Shown one piece after another: positions 25,801-38,500 of a DNA stretch of 64,000 nucleotides. The number at the start of each line of letters is the position of its first letter. The stretch's first letter is position 1. This stretch comes from Trichinella spiralis. Taxonomy: Eukaryota. The translations under genes were made by a program, and so were the position numbers. The notes beneath the pieces are model-generated. The model ran no database searches. It was not told the DNA's origin and worked only from the letters and a program-made list of their open reading frames with translations. The stretch lies in NCBI RefSeq assembly GCF_000181795.1, contig NW_003526945.1, positions 6,226,394 through 6,290,393 of the forward strand. The letters are read 5' to 3'.

Positions 25801-28800
25801 GTACAAATGAATCACATGCCCTCTGCGTACAACGGCCACTTGTTTCCACTCCATATTGTTGAATTCTTGAGAACAACACACACACACACAAAACAATATT
25901 ATATTAATAAAAAAAACTAATTGCTGTTTCATTTTATCGATAATAAATGAATAATCATTTTTTTACTCGAAGTCTTGCCAATTGCAGTGCATTGTTTCAC
26001 TTCACGATCGCTGTTGACAGTCAACGAAAGTCTATTGCTTTCCCACAAATGTAATTGTATGAAATTATAAAATTGATCATGCGCGTACAGCAACAATCCG
26101 GATTCCTGAAAATTATAATAAATTAAAACGCTAAAATCTACTCGTGATTATTGTTTTTGTCGAAACAAAACAAAAAAAAGAAAAAATACCTGATCTGTTC
26201 GAAAACTGAGAACAATCTGTTCCACGAGTGGATTTTGTTGCAAATCTCTGTACGTTATGAATCCGTTGTCTTTTCTTTGAAATGATACGTCGCTTTGTTC
26301 ATTTATATCTGAAAAAAAAATGAAAAAAAAAAAACAAAACACTTTCTATGTTTAAATTCAAAAATCGACATTAAACTTGTACCGATTTCGCACAAACTGC
26401 CAAACTGAGCATAGGGATTTTTGCATTTACATCTGGCTACACCATTTGCATAATCTTCTGAGCAGAGAGCTCCATTTGCACAATTCAAATGAGCACAATA
26501 ATTTTGACAGCCAAGTTTCAAATTATGGGCAGAATTTCTAAATGAAAAAAAAATTCAATTCTGTTTTTTTTTTCAAAATTATACCAACTCAACTCAGTTG
26601 GAAAAGTTTGCAATGGAATTCGTCGTTTGTCGACCACAAGTTCTCCGATGCAACCAACAAATCGATTTTCAGGAGTGCTCAAATAAAAAAAAATTATTTC
26701 ACAGATATATTAATTAAAATTTTCAAATGATCCCATTTAAAAATAGATATCAATTAACAAACAAACAAACAAACAAACAACCAACCTGTGACTTCCGCCG
26801 ATCATCAGTGGCTTATCAAAAGTCGTTCTATCAAGTTGTTCATTGTCGGCAAGTTTGTAAAATGCTTGTTTACGATTGAAAACGAAAAATATTTCCGAAT
26901 CGATATTTTCCACTTTAATTCGATTCCATTCATTTGAAGTATACGACGATCCGACGTTCAAGTCTTCAAGTGTTACAGTTTTCATTCCATAATTTTGATC
27001 ACGACGAAGATTGAAATCAAACTGAAAATCAACCACTGCAGCTGAAAAAAAAAATCACATATACATTTGAATGTAAATTTGCATTACAAAAAAAAATCAC
27101 ACCTTTGTTGAGTAAAATTCGAAAAAAACGACCATCATCAGCTTCTTGGTTGATAAGAATTGCCTTTTCTGAGTTGGTTGTTTTGAACCAAATTTCCAAA
27201 TTTGTTCCCTTCCAAGCAGATTCTTCTATTATTGTTCCAGATCCGAAAAATTGTATCGCTTCTTCTAGATCTGTATGCGCAGAAAACACACATAAAAAAA
27301 CAATTAACAAATTAGCATTGAACTAGCTGGTGCAGATATGGATAAACTATTTTACCGGAACCACGACATTCCAACGGACCAAGTGCTACATTAGCCCAAC
27401 CTTTTCTGGGACGATGTTGGATAAATGTCATTTCTATTAATCCGGCCTGATGATTGACCAAATATCCTGCATCGACGTGTGGATTCAAATCGTTTTCATC
27501 ACAATTGCAACGCCCAGCTAGAAATGAAATAATATTTTTTTTGCTTCATTTTTTATCTTTTGAAAATTGACGTAACAAAATTTTCACAACCAACCAACCT
27601 TTCGCACAAGTTTTGTTCGCATAACAAAAACAGGCGTTCTTTTCCGAAATCAGCGTTGAAAAATTTCCATACATTGTGGCTGATCGAAACCAAGTGTACG
27701 TGGGAAAACTTGAAAAAATTGAATTTTTAGAAAACAAAAAGAAAAAAAGATAAAAGTCGAATTTTTCACTCACTCGAGTGGAGCATTGTTGCAAGTGTAG
27801 ACAAAATGTTGACGACAAAAATGGGAATTCATGATCAAATAACGCAATGCATTCAAAGAAAAATGACTAAATGAATAAATCATTTTTTCAAATAAATAAA
27901 AATAAATAAAATGAAACAACTGATGATGTTTATTTGAATATGTTCACCTGTAGGAAATAATGTACGTTGTGTCTTTGGCCCATACTGATCGAATTTGCAT
28001 CGACTCTTCGAAATTATGTTCAACAATTGTCCATCCATGATTCAATTCATCGTCCATTGTGCAATGAACGTAAACTGGTCCAATTGGACCCGATCCGTCT
28101 GGATCAATACGATAAACACCAGAACGACGATTGCCCATTCGATACAAATGATGACAACTCTTTTCCAAAGTGGCTATTTAATAAATAAATAAATAAATAT
28201 GTACTGATGAAAAATAAAATTCCAATTACAAAATTGACATAACGATCCAACGTATGGTATTGTAGCGCAAGAACAACGAGCGCCATTTCTGCCGTCATCA
28301 ATGCACGATGAATGATGACGACATCGTCGAGTATCACATGCCGAATGATTGACAACAAATTTGTAAGACCAAAGAGTTGGAATTTCACCACAACCATACG
28401 CTAATTGTTCATTGCTAATCAACTGCTTTTGGCCAGCAACTTTACTCAACCACAGTACATTTGTAAAGTCGACGTAAAAATTTTTCACACAACCCACAAA
28501 ACCTTGAATTTCATTTTAAACAAACACAACATTCATTAAACATTCTACGCACATGAATAAGTAAAAATTGAAAAAATAAAATAACACCGGACCTTCGGAT
28601 TGATTCGAACCGATGATAATATCGTGCAAAACGAGAGAATTTTCCAATATATTTGGCCAAAAACGACAACGATTCCATCCCGATGCAGTTTGAACGTGTA
28701 TTTCTTGAATACTGTATTCAAAAATTAGTTGGAACTCTACAAAGCTAAAAAAAGAAAAAAAAAGAATTAAAAAAATACTATAATGTATACGGTAATGAAT

Positions 28801-30874
28801 AGGGTGATTTTTTTTTGAAAAAAGAATAATACGGATGAAAAAGTGACAATTTAAGTAGAACATCAATTGTAAACAATTAATTTCAAAATATCGTATACTG
28901 TACTTGCCGTTTGTCATTTTCACTGAAAGGTAGTGAACATTGTAAGGGTTTTCGTTGACCGTAGAAAATTTCTACAAGACTCTGATTGACAATGTCAACT
29001 GAAATCGACGCATTCGGAACACTGAGCAAAGAAATTTTCAACAGCTCTTGTCTCGACTGAACACTGCTCTGTAAACAAACAAGCGAAAAAAAAGTGCAAC
29101 GTACAATCGCGCGAACGACAATTGACAAATGTTTGAAAATTTACTTTAAAATTTAAAACAATTTTCGACGGTTGATTTTCATACTGTGGCAATTTGTAAA
29201 CGAGGTGTTGATTTTTTTTCACCAGAATCGATACAGTACCTGGAATTGATGAGAATGAATAATTTTTGAAATTGGAATCGATTGGTCGAATTGGAACACC
29301 TTGGGATTCGCAACGCATCCCTTGAAAACCGCTGTACAAGCAGTTGCAGCGTAAATTTCCGAACAAATTTACGCAACGATCACGGGCCACATTGCGGCAC
29401 GGATTCGTTTTACAATGGTCGACACAACCGTTTTCCACGTCACTCGAATGGGATTCAATTTCACTTTCATTGTGGAAAATCGACCCACGAATGCATCCGA
29501 CAATTGCCGGAATATATTTCATCGATGGATTTGAATCTGAAAATGAAATAAAAGCAAAAAAAAAATCAACATTTATTTATTTAGTTTAGAAAATTTTTTA
29601 ATATTATTGTTTTATTGTAATGTTTTAAAAAGAAAATGAAAAAAAAATTATTTTTTCCTTCTTCGAAAAACAATAATGATTCATCTGTCGTTGTTGAACA
29701 AACAGCTTGCAGAATACTTTTTGTTTGCTTTGATTGATTTGTTTCAATTGAGTAGAATAAAAGTAAAATAAAATCACGAAACAGCAAAATTTGTTGAAAA
29801 AAAATTTAAAAAAAATGGACAATACCGTAACCAAATTTGATCTGCACTTTGAGATGATCAAGTGCCGTGGTTGGATTGAAATGATGATGATGATGATCCA
29901 CAAGGGCCGTTTGGACAAGTTCGTCGTCCACAGCGAGACCAAGTTCGCCAGTTGAACATCCGAACGTGACGCTAATGTGATGCGGATAACCGTCGGAAAA
30001 ATCTGCAAAAGTGAAAATTTTCAAAAAAAAAAAACTGTAAACTGTCTGATGGTACAAATGGGTTTACAGTAGGGTTGGTGAGAAATTTTTTGAAATGCAA
30101 TGAAATTAAACAGGGTTTTTGTTAATGTGCTTGCATTTTTCGTTAATGGTGATATATGAGTGATAATTTTGAAATGAGAATCTGTTTTGAATGAAAAGAC
30201 AAACAAAGAATGAATAATAACATTTTTCGGCAAGGTGTCGCTGGGCTTTGATAAAAGATGACGTCGAATTGGACATGTCTTGAGGCGATCAACATTATAA
30301 CTTTGCAAATAATTGCCAAGCTGTAAACTGGGTTTGAAAAATCACAAGAAATGAGAATAATAAAAATACCAGTCAAACAGAGAATATAATAAATATTCAA
30401 AGAACAACAGATTAATTGACGATGAGAAACTGTACGAAAAATGGTCTGATAGGATATGAATGATGATCGAATGATGGAACAAACGTCTCCAATTAGCTGC
30501 TAACCTGTTAAAGCGTGTTGCAAAGTTGCCAATGTATGATTGTCGACGACAAGCTGCAAGTGGAATTTTCGATGTTGTAGAAATAGTTCCAGGCGAAATT
30601 GAGTTCCATTCGACGACATCTGTTCGACGTAGATGGTCCCAAGACGTCCCGTATAGCTTCGGGTGATGATTTCAAATTGATAATTGAGAAATGGATCCGA
30701 GCGAGAACAATGGAAATAATGTTTGGTGGAAACGAGCCGCGATCGGCTTGACAACAACGTACGCCATTGGTTCAAATGGCCAGTATTGTCGGCTGTGCAG
30801 AATTGCAAACACCGGGCACACATCCAAGCGATCAACGTCAACCGGACGTAGAGGGATATCGTTGGTTTGATCAT
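22892..30874 (-). CDS. Caspr/neurexin-IV/axotactin-like type I membrane adhesion protein (LamG, EGF and fibrinogen-like domains), about 20 exons; nlr-1/itx-1-like
   Basis: Signal-peptide-like start (MIKPTISLYVRLTLIAWMCARC). LamG ends (IVGCIRG, FVGCVKN, YLGCMRGL, YRGCIS) and EGF repeats (CKTNPCRN..C.C...GFQGMRCE; CAHLNCANGALC; ICFNGGH). The fibrinogen-like segment SCHHLYRMGNRRSGVYRIDPDGSGPIGPVYVHC is typical of Caspr-family proteins. TM segment GIAVGFIIFISVVVVLVFAVLLWRK at about 23700-23765; the cytoplasmic tail ends VSPPKLQ*. Confidence 0.88.
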
Positions 30875-32834
30875 ATTGAAAATAGGATCGTTTTATCTGG
30901 AAATTTTAATAAATGAATAAATTGGAGAAGAAAAAATAAATGATAATGGACGCACGCAGCTCAATCTTTTGCCGGCCAGGAAAAGCAGCAGGCAAGTGAT
31001 TAGCAAGCAAGCAAACAAACCCAATCGCGCATTCAGACAATGATAAAAGTAAAATTGCCACAAGTGCAATGTGACAAAAGTGATGATAAAATATTTCACC
31101 GATGGCCAGTGCCGCCGTTTGGTTGGCTCTTTTCCGCACCGCTGAGCAATAATAAAATAAATTCGCAATTGCTGCGCCACGACTATGCAAAACTCAACAG
31201 CCCCCAAAAACACGTGGGCGTACTTTTGCTTTCGCTTTTGCTTTCTGCGAGCAATTCATGCCCGGGGCTTATTTTGCAGTTTCAGGCACATCTGTTTCGA
31301 AATATATACGACAATGGGATAAAGTTGTAAAAGCAAAAGTGAAGAAAAAAAAAACAATCAGGGTGTGGCAGGGGTCATTTGTTGTTCGGATGGTGAACGA
31401 TTTTCTCAAATTCTTTATTCCGTACAAATATCCGCCGACAATATTCGAAAAAATATGAAACATTCGTTGAATTTCACTTTTCCCTATTCTGTTTGTTTAT
31501 TTGTTTTTTCTTTCAGAGCTGTCAAAGTAAACAAAATTTATCAAAAAGAAACATTCAAAGCACACAAATTTATTCTCAGTTTGAAATTTCTTTTTTTTTC
31601 TTTTTTCCACCCCTACTCGCAGGTGCATATGTTGTTCATTTCATTTATCATTTTTTTTAATTCAAAATTTAAATAATTTTTTCTTCTGATTCGAATAATT
31701 CATAATTTCTTCTTCTTGTTGTCGAACAATTTCAAAAGTTAATAATTGAAATAATTTTACCTTGCTCCATTTATAAGTATAAATAAGTGTTGAAAAATAA
31801 CTTTTCCATACATGAGGTGATAAGAAAGGGATAATTTATTACCCCATGTAGGTGATAATATTCGAGTATGAATTATTCGCAACCGGATGTCAGCGGTCTT
31901 TATTTTGAAACAAAATTCAATTATTCTTGTTTTTTTTGTTCACATTTGAATGATCGAGTGGAAAATTCGAAAAATGTTTACTAAATAAAAATAATAATAA
32001 TGTGTATATTTGTCGAGGGAATTTCTGTTTTATCGATATGATCGTATATTTTATTAGATTTGATTTTTTTTTTGACGAACGCGATATTATTAGATAAAAT
32101 CGAATCGAATCAACAGTTGGCGTTTTGGTTGTCAATTTTTGAAAATAAAATTACAACAACAACCAATGCTTTTGAATTCAATTTTCAATTAATAATCATT
32201 AAGCATAACAGATTGAAAAGAATTTGAAACAAATTTCAAAATTCACACACAAACGTTTGCACAATTGCAAAGGGAACAACAACAACAGTTGCAATTTATA
32301 TATTTCAAAGTAAAAAGTTTCAAAAGGTATTATTCTCTGTGTTTTTTTTCTCTCTCTCTCCCATCATAAATGCAACATCATATAATGGAACGCTTTTAAA
32401 TTTCTGAAATTGTGAATAATATTTTGTTGTTATAATATTAACGAAAAAAATAATGCATAGTATACTCTGGGGATTTGTGGTATTCAAGTAAAAAAAAATA
32501 TATATTTCGACAAAAAAGTGTTTCGTAGATAATAATTTTTAAATAACAATTCCAAGAATTGAAAACCCTCCCAAAAAAATAATTTTATTTCTTTATTTTT
32601 TTTAAATAAATACAGTATTTTTTTCAAAAAAAATTTCAATTTTGTTTTGAAAAATGAATAATTTTTTTTTAAATTATTTTTTCTTTTTTGTTTGTTTGTA
32701 TGATATTAAATTTGGATATTTGAAATCAAAAAAAAACGAAAAAATTATAATAACAACCAATACAGACAGACAGTATTCTCAACTTTTTTTTTTGTACTTG
32801 TTGGTCGATTTGTTGTAGGGCCGCGCCGCTGCGG

Positions 32835-32883
32835 CAGACGGCGCCGGCTCGGCGCCGACTTGGCGCGGGCTCGGCGCCGACGA
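32835..32883. promoter_or_regulatory. GC island with CAGAC plus four GGCGC[C/G] hexamers at 11-bp period (candidate Smad/Mad element array)
   Basis: CAGAC at 32835; GGCGCC at 32840, 32851 and 32873; GGCGCG at 32862. The surrounding sequence is very AT-rich. Confidence 0.5.
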
Positions 32884-33094
32884 CGGAGGATTATGAATAA
32901 ATTTGTCCCAGAAACGGGCTTGTAGAATAGGCGGACTGGACGACTCTGGGTGAACAAATTGAACAATGCGAACAATGTTGATGTTCCACAACGACGCGCC
33001 TGTGTGACAGCTGCTTTGGCTGTCAGTGTTGGAAATTCGAAAGCAAGACCAAAAACTCTTCAATTGTTGCTGTTCAAATCAAGCGTCTGACAGA

Positions 33095-33095
33095 A

Positions 33096-33128
<33 letters not shown>
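33095..33128. repeat. (AG)n microsatellite (one interruption)
   Basis: AGAGAG run directly visible. Confidence 0.9.
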
Positions 33129-33399
33129 TATGCTGTGTTGGGTGGTGAAGAGAAAAAAAATTTTTATTCAAAATTGAAATTTTGATCAGTTGACAAAAAA
33201 AACAATCATTTTTTACCACGAAATTCAAAAAACTATGCACAGTGGAAATATACGCTTTTCACGTGGAAAGTGAAGCTGCTCATCAAGTGAGAATGACACA
33301 CGTTGTTTATTTGTTTATTTATTTTTTGTTGACCGTTTTCAAGGTCAGCAGTTGATTTTGCATGAGTTGGTTGGTGGACGAGGGACGCTTTTGCCGATT

Positions 33400-33511
33400 T
33401 GGCCAATGAAATTTTGCTGATATCTCTTTCTATATATATATATGTATATGTATATAGTGAAGGAACGTTGGCGTTGTTTCAGTCAGTCAGCCAGCCAGTC
33501 AGTGTCTAGAC
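33400..33511 (+). promoter_or_regulatory. Putative core promoter of the Ski/Sno gene
   Basis: CCAAT at 33403, TA-rich run at 33431-33456, TCAGT initiator-like repeats at 33479-33503 and palindrome GTCTAGAC at 33504-33511. A downstream non-coding exon ends at a CAG|GTAAGT donor at 34385. Confidence 0.35.
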
Positions 33512-35522
33512 GCGACAGGACACATGTCTGCACGCCTCCGTCTTTCTTCACTTTACAGAGAGAAAAAAGATCATCATTTAATATATTAATTTGTTCAATT
33601 TGTCGACTCTCTCTCTTTCTCTATTCATTATTGGATAAAGAAACGTACTTTAAAATTTCACCATTTCAGTGTATTAGTTTATTTTATTTTTTTGTCAGCT
33701 CTTCTTTCATTAATTCTTCAAAAATCTGGTAATGTATATTATTATTATTTTTAATTATAAAATTATTGAAATGAAAACCAAAACGAACGGAAAAAAAAGT
33801 TGAAAACGAATCTTCTGATTACAATGATCAACTTTCACGCTTCGAATGACGACATTTCAATGGACGAGATCATTTTTCCATTTGTTGTCCGTTCGCATGT
33901 ACAATTTATTTTTTTGTACGTATATTTTCATAATTTAAATTTATTCCTTCCGGTGGTTGACTTTTGTCATTATTTGTGCCTGCGGTGCAGAACTTTTCAT
34001 TTTCACACAACTGTCCATGTTCTTTGTGTTGTTGTTCGACAATTTTTGCCCAACCATAATAATAAGCTATAAGAGCTTCTTCCACCGATCCGACAACACT
34101 TTTCATTTCATTTCCATTTTTCCCATTTGACATTTTTCACTTTAAGCTCATTTATATTAAGCTCGTTTTGAACAAGTTTTCAACTCGTTCATTTGTTCAA
34201 ATTTTAGAGCTGTTCAACTTCACTTCACTTCACTTCATTTCACTCGAAAACTTTTCAATCTTACTACTTACTACCAGCAATCGTTGTTTGTTTGTTTGTT
34301 TCAGTTGAAAATTTTCTTGATCATTTTTTGATGTTTTTTTAAAAAAATTTTTTTTCAAATTCATTATTTTATACCAATTTCACAGGTAAGTGTTGTTGTT
34401 TGTTTGTTTGTTTAATTTATTTATTTAAAATATTATTTGTTTAGTTGTTTCGAGGGAAATATTTTGTGATCAATTATGATGATGATGATCATTATTATCA
34501 TAATGATAATTCATTCTATTCGTCGCCGTTGGGGGAAAATTAGGCGCAATTCCAACCGTGACGTGAACAACGTAAAACAAAAATGTCGCCCTGACACGGT
34601 TTTTTCGTCAGTCGGTCGTTGAACAACAACAACAACTACAACTACAACTGTACTTTACAACACAATACTGTGTAAAATTTAGTCTGTTTAAATTTTACAT
34701 TACTTACTTGTTGTTGTTTTAAAAATTTCATATACACCTGTGGTAGGTTGGTTTGCTGGAAAGTTTGTACAGCTTAATTGTAAAATGGAAAATTTCACAG
34801 ACCAATTTTCAAAGTTTGTATAATAATAATAATAATAATAGTAATATAGAAGAAAGAAACGCAAATACACAAATCGCCGCCGTTTCGTATTGACAGCCGT
34901 CTGATGTCAGCAAGCCGGCTAGCGGCGTCTCCGAACTGAGAACTATAACGGCGGCGGCTATCGTCGCTTTGAACACACACAGTCGACGAGCGTCGGACGA
35001 GACGACGCTATCCGACGATATACATATCCGTCCAGATGTTGTGCGAAAGGTGGAAAATGACGCATCGACGGCCGGTTCAATTTACGCGTAAATTTTCTGC
35101 CGTCAAGTTTACAGGGGAAAAAAAAATTTTCAAATTTTACTACTTCGCTACAGTCGACCGTTACAGTATCCTTGTTTTTCTTTCCTCTTTGTTTTGGTTT
35201 GATTTTTTTTCCATCTCTAATCTGGAATTTTCAATCGATCAAATTTTTGTTTTTCATTTCGAACGCGAGCAATGAAAAAAAACCAGACACAAAGAGAGAC
35301 TAAACTAAAAGAGTTGAAAAATCTGCACTTGCACATTGTTGAATATGTATATATATATATATATATTTGTTTTTTCTCTCATTTTCCTGTGTATTTTTAT
35401 TCGATTTGTTGGTGATTTTCATTTTCAACGTCAACACTACTCGATTGCGTGAAAAATACAACCACCATATTTGTTTGTTTGTTTATTTATTATTTGTGAA
35501 TTTTTCAGCAAAAAGCATCAGC

Positions 35523-38500
35523 ATGATTCGCGACATGACCGAAGAGGAATTGTTAGAAAGTGGTCGTCGGATTGGAAATTTGTTGAAACACTACCAAACC
35601 GTAGCGTTGTGGAATTTGGCCGGACCATTAGCCAATGGGGTGCTTGTGCAGACAACGTCAGCGGCGGCGGCGGCGGCGGCGGCGGCAGCGGCGTCGGCGG
35701 CTGTCGGCGACAACAGCGCCCCTAGTGATCAAAATTCGAATCTGTTCGCGTCGACGTCAGCGACGACAGAATCGGACACGGCTGCAATGACGACAACAGC
35801 GCCACCAGAGTCGTCTAGTGGAAGCGGCAGCAAGACTGGCAATAGCAGTAGCAGTAGTAGAAGTTGTTGTCCGTCGTTGTTTTGGAAAACAACGGCCGCG
35901 GCGGTCGATCCCGACGACAACGACAACGACAACGACGACGACGACGGTCTTGTACGAATTAGTCGACGCCAACGTCGAAAACGAACAATTCACTATCAGC
36001 AACAAGAGCAGCAGTACAACGACAAACAAAACAACAACGAAAATAAATTTAATAATAATTCAATTATTAATAATAATAATAATAATAACAGCAGCAGTAG
36101 TAGAAAGAGAAAAAGCAAAAGTATATACAGTCGTCATTCGATGGGCGGTGTCAATATTGGTGATAATGACAACAACAACAACAACAACGACAGACCACCA
36201 GCTTTGCCGGTGCTGGCCGCACGAGACAGTGGAGCGCCGATGCTTTGTCAGCAGACGTTGTTCGAAGGGGAATCGGTCGCTTGTTTCGTGGTCGGCGGTG
36301 AACGGCGCCTCTGCTTTACTCAACTATTGCACAGCGCTTCATTCCGACAATTCTCTTTTGCCGACATATCCCGTGCCTGTGCCTTCTTACACATCCAATG
36401 TCCACCAACATCTCGTGAACAACTCGACACGTTGAAAGTATGTATATTTATATTTTTTTTTATTCAAAAAAACAAAAACAAAACAAAAAATAATATTCGT
36501 ATCCAACGAAATTAAACAAACAAACAGAACAACAATTTCTATTTTTACATTTGTCATTTTTATTTTCATCATTACTGTTATTGTCGTTTTTCACTTTCTT
36601 CTTCTTCTTCTTCTATCACTTTCACATTTTTCAAAATTCAACTCTGAAAATTCAATCAATACCCGACAAAGCTTTCTCGTTCGCATTAACCACCACACCC
36701 ACGCGTTTGTCGCGTGCGTCATGCAAATCAGCGGAATCGATTCCAACGGCCTTCCCTCGATCCGTGTCCAATAGAACACATTTTTCACATAATAATAGAA
36801 AATTTACATAAATTTATACAGGAAGAAAAAAAAAATAAATTCATCATCGGGGTGTAATTTATTTGGCATTTTTATTTCTTTTTTTTTTTCGTTGTTTCGT
36901 TCACGTACGAGAGTCATGTGAGAAGCTACGCAATTCGAAATTATTGTTCTGTTTTTTTTGTTTTTCCTCGCTTTTTCTCTCTCTCTCTGCGGACGTAGAT
37001 CATTGCATTACTCTTCATTTATTTATTTATTCTTTTTTGCTAATTCATAAATTACAACAAAATATTATTTTTCACATATTATGAGCAATTTGATCAACAA
37101 TGTCGTCGTTTCCTCTTCTTGTTATTCCAAATGTGTCCATTATTTGACATGTCCCAGTTTTGTGAGAGGATTTTTTTCTTTTTTTTTGTTAAGGAAAATA
37201 TATTTTATTATTTTTTTCTCATGAGTTTAATTAATCAAGTTAATAATTGGCAAGGGAATAAGTGATTTCAATATTCATAACAATTATTTAAGAAATAATA
37301 AATTGAAAAAAAAAATTCCTTCAAAAGCAGCAAGTGATCGTTGATTTTTATTCGACGCTTGCGTATTAGTGGTGATTCATTTCTATTATATCGCGAGCAT
37401 AAGAGAATGAGTCGAATCAAATTTATGCCAAATAGAAAATTTTTCTTCATATTTACAATTGTGGATATTCATTTGTTGATGTTGTTATTTTCCATTTTGG
37501 ATTTTATATTTTCATATGGAAATTTTTATTCTAAACGAAAAACAAGATACCAATCGAAAAGGGGGATAATCGCGAATAATGTGGATGGAATTGGACCTTT
37601 GATTTGTGATTTTTTCTCCCATTCCGTACAAATCGACCGGCTCACCTCGGCTTGGTTTCAATTTCAAATTGAACAATGCTTGACAGCGTATCACTTCGGG
37701 CCAAGACTTTTCAGATCACGTCGTCCCCTTTTTCTTCTCCAATCTTTCAGTCAGTTATTTCCGTCGACGATGGAAATTTCTGATCATTTTTCAATTGATC
37801 GATCTCGTTCGTAGGGGGGCGTTTCATTTTTCAATTCCAAGGTCTTTTTGAAATCTTGATTTGAAGAAAAAGTTCACTTTTATCTGTTTCGTATATTTCT
37901 TCCTTTTTTAATATGATCGAAATGTTCGGTATCTCTGTGTGTTTGTGTGTGTGTTCATGCGAAACGTTGTCGGTATTTATTAGCAAATCCGGACCGACTT
38001 GTTGTAATTTCTATTGATTCGATTCGATTTGACAAATAAATTTCATCAGTGGAAATTTATTTTCTCTTTTAATTAATTGAACCCCTATTATTTATTATTA
38101 TTATTATTAATTGAAAAAGTTAAAAATCTCGTCGAACCCCATTTTCTGAAATGACTGGCTAAATATAAATTTTAAATTTACGAGACCGGTCGGAATAAAT
38201 AGTAGTAGTAGTAGTAGCAGTGGGTGAAAAATGTATAATAAAAGCCGATCCATCAATGTCGAATATGCTGCTCTCTGTGTGTGTATGGAGAGGGGGGTGC
38301 GGTGGCTGTTTTTCAAATGCAGTTGTTTGTTGTCCAACTGATCCAACTGCTTCTTTTCCATATTATTTATTGTGTATGCACGTAAAAGCTAGCTTGTTTG
38401 GTTGGTTAGTGTGGTCGCTACCACCACCGCCACCGCCGCTTTGTCAAACTAGTTTCTTTATATATTAGCAGCATTATTATTATTATTATTGTTGTTGTTG

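Noticed and set aside
32745..33063. Two minus-strand ORFs (76 and 94 aa) over the GC island
   Set aside because: Neither starts at ATG, and their openness is explained by local GC content.
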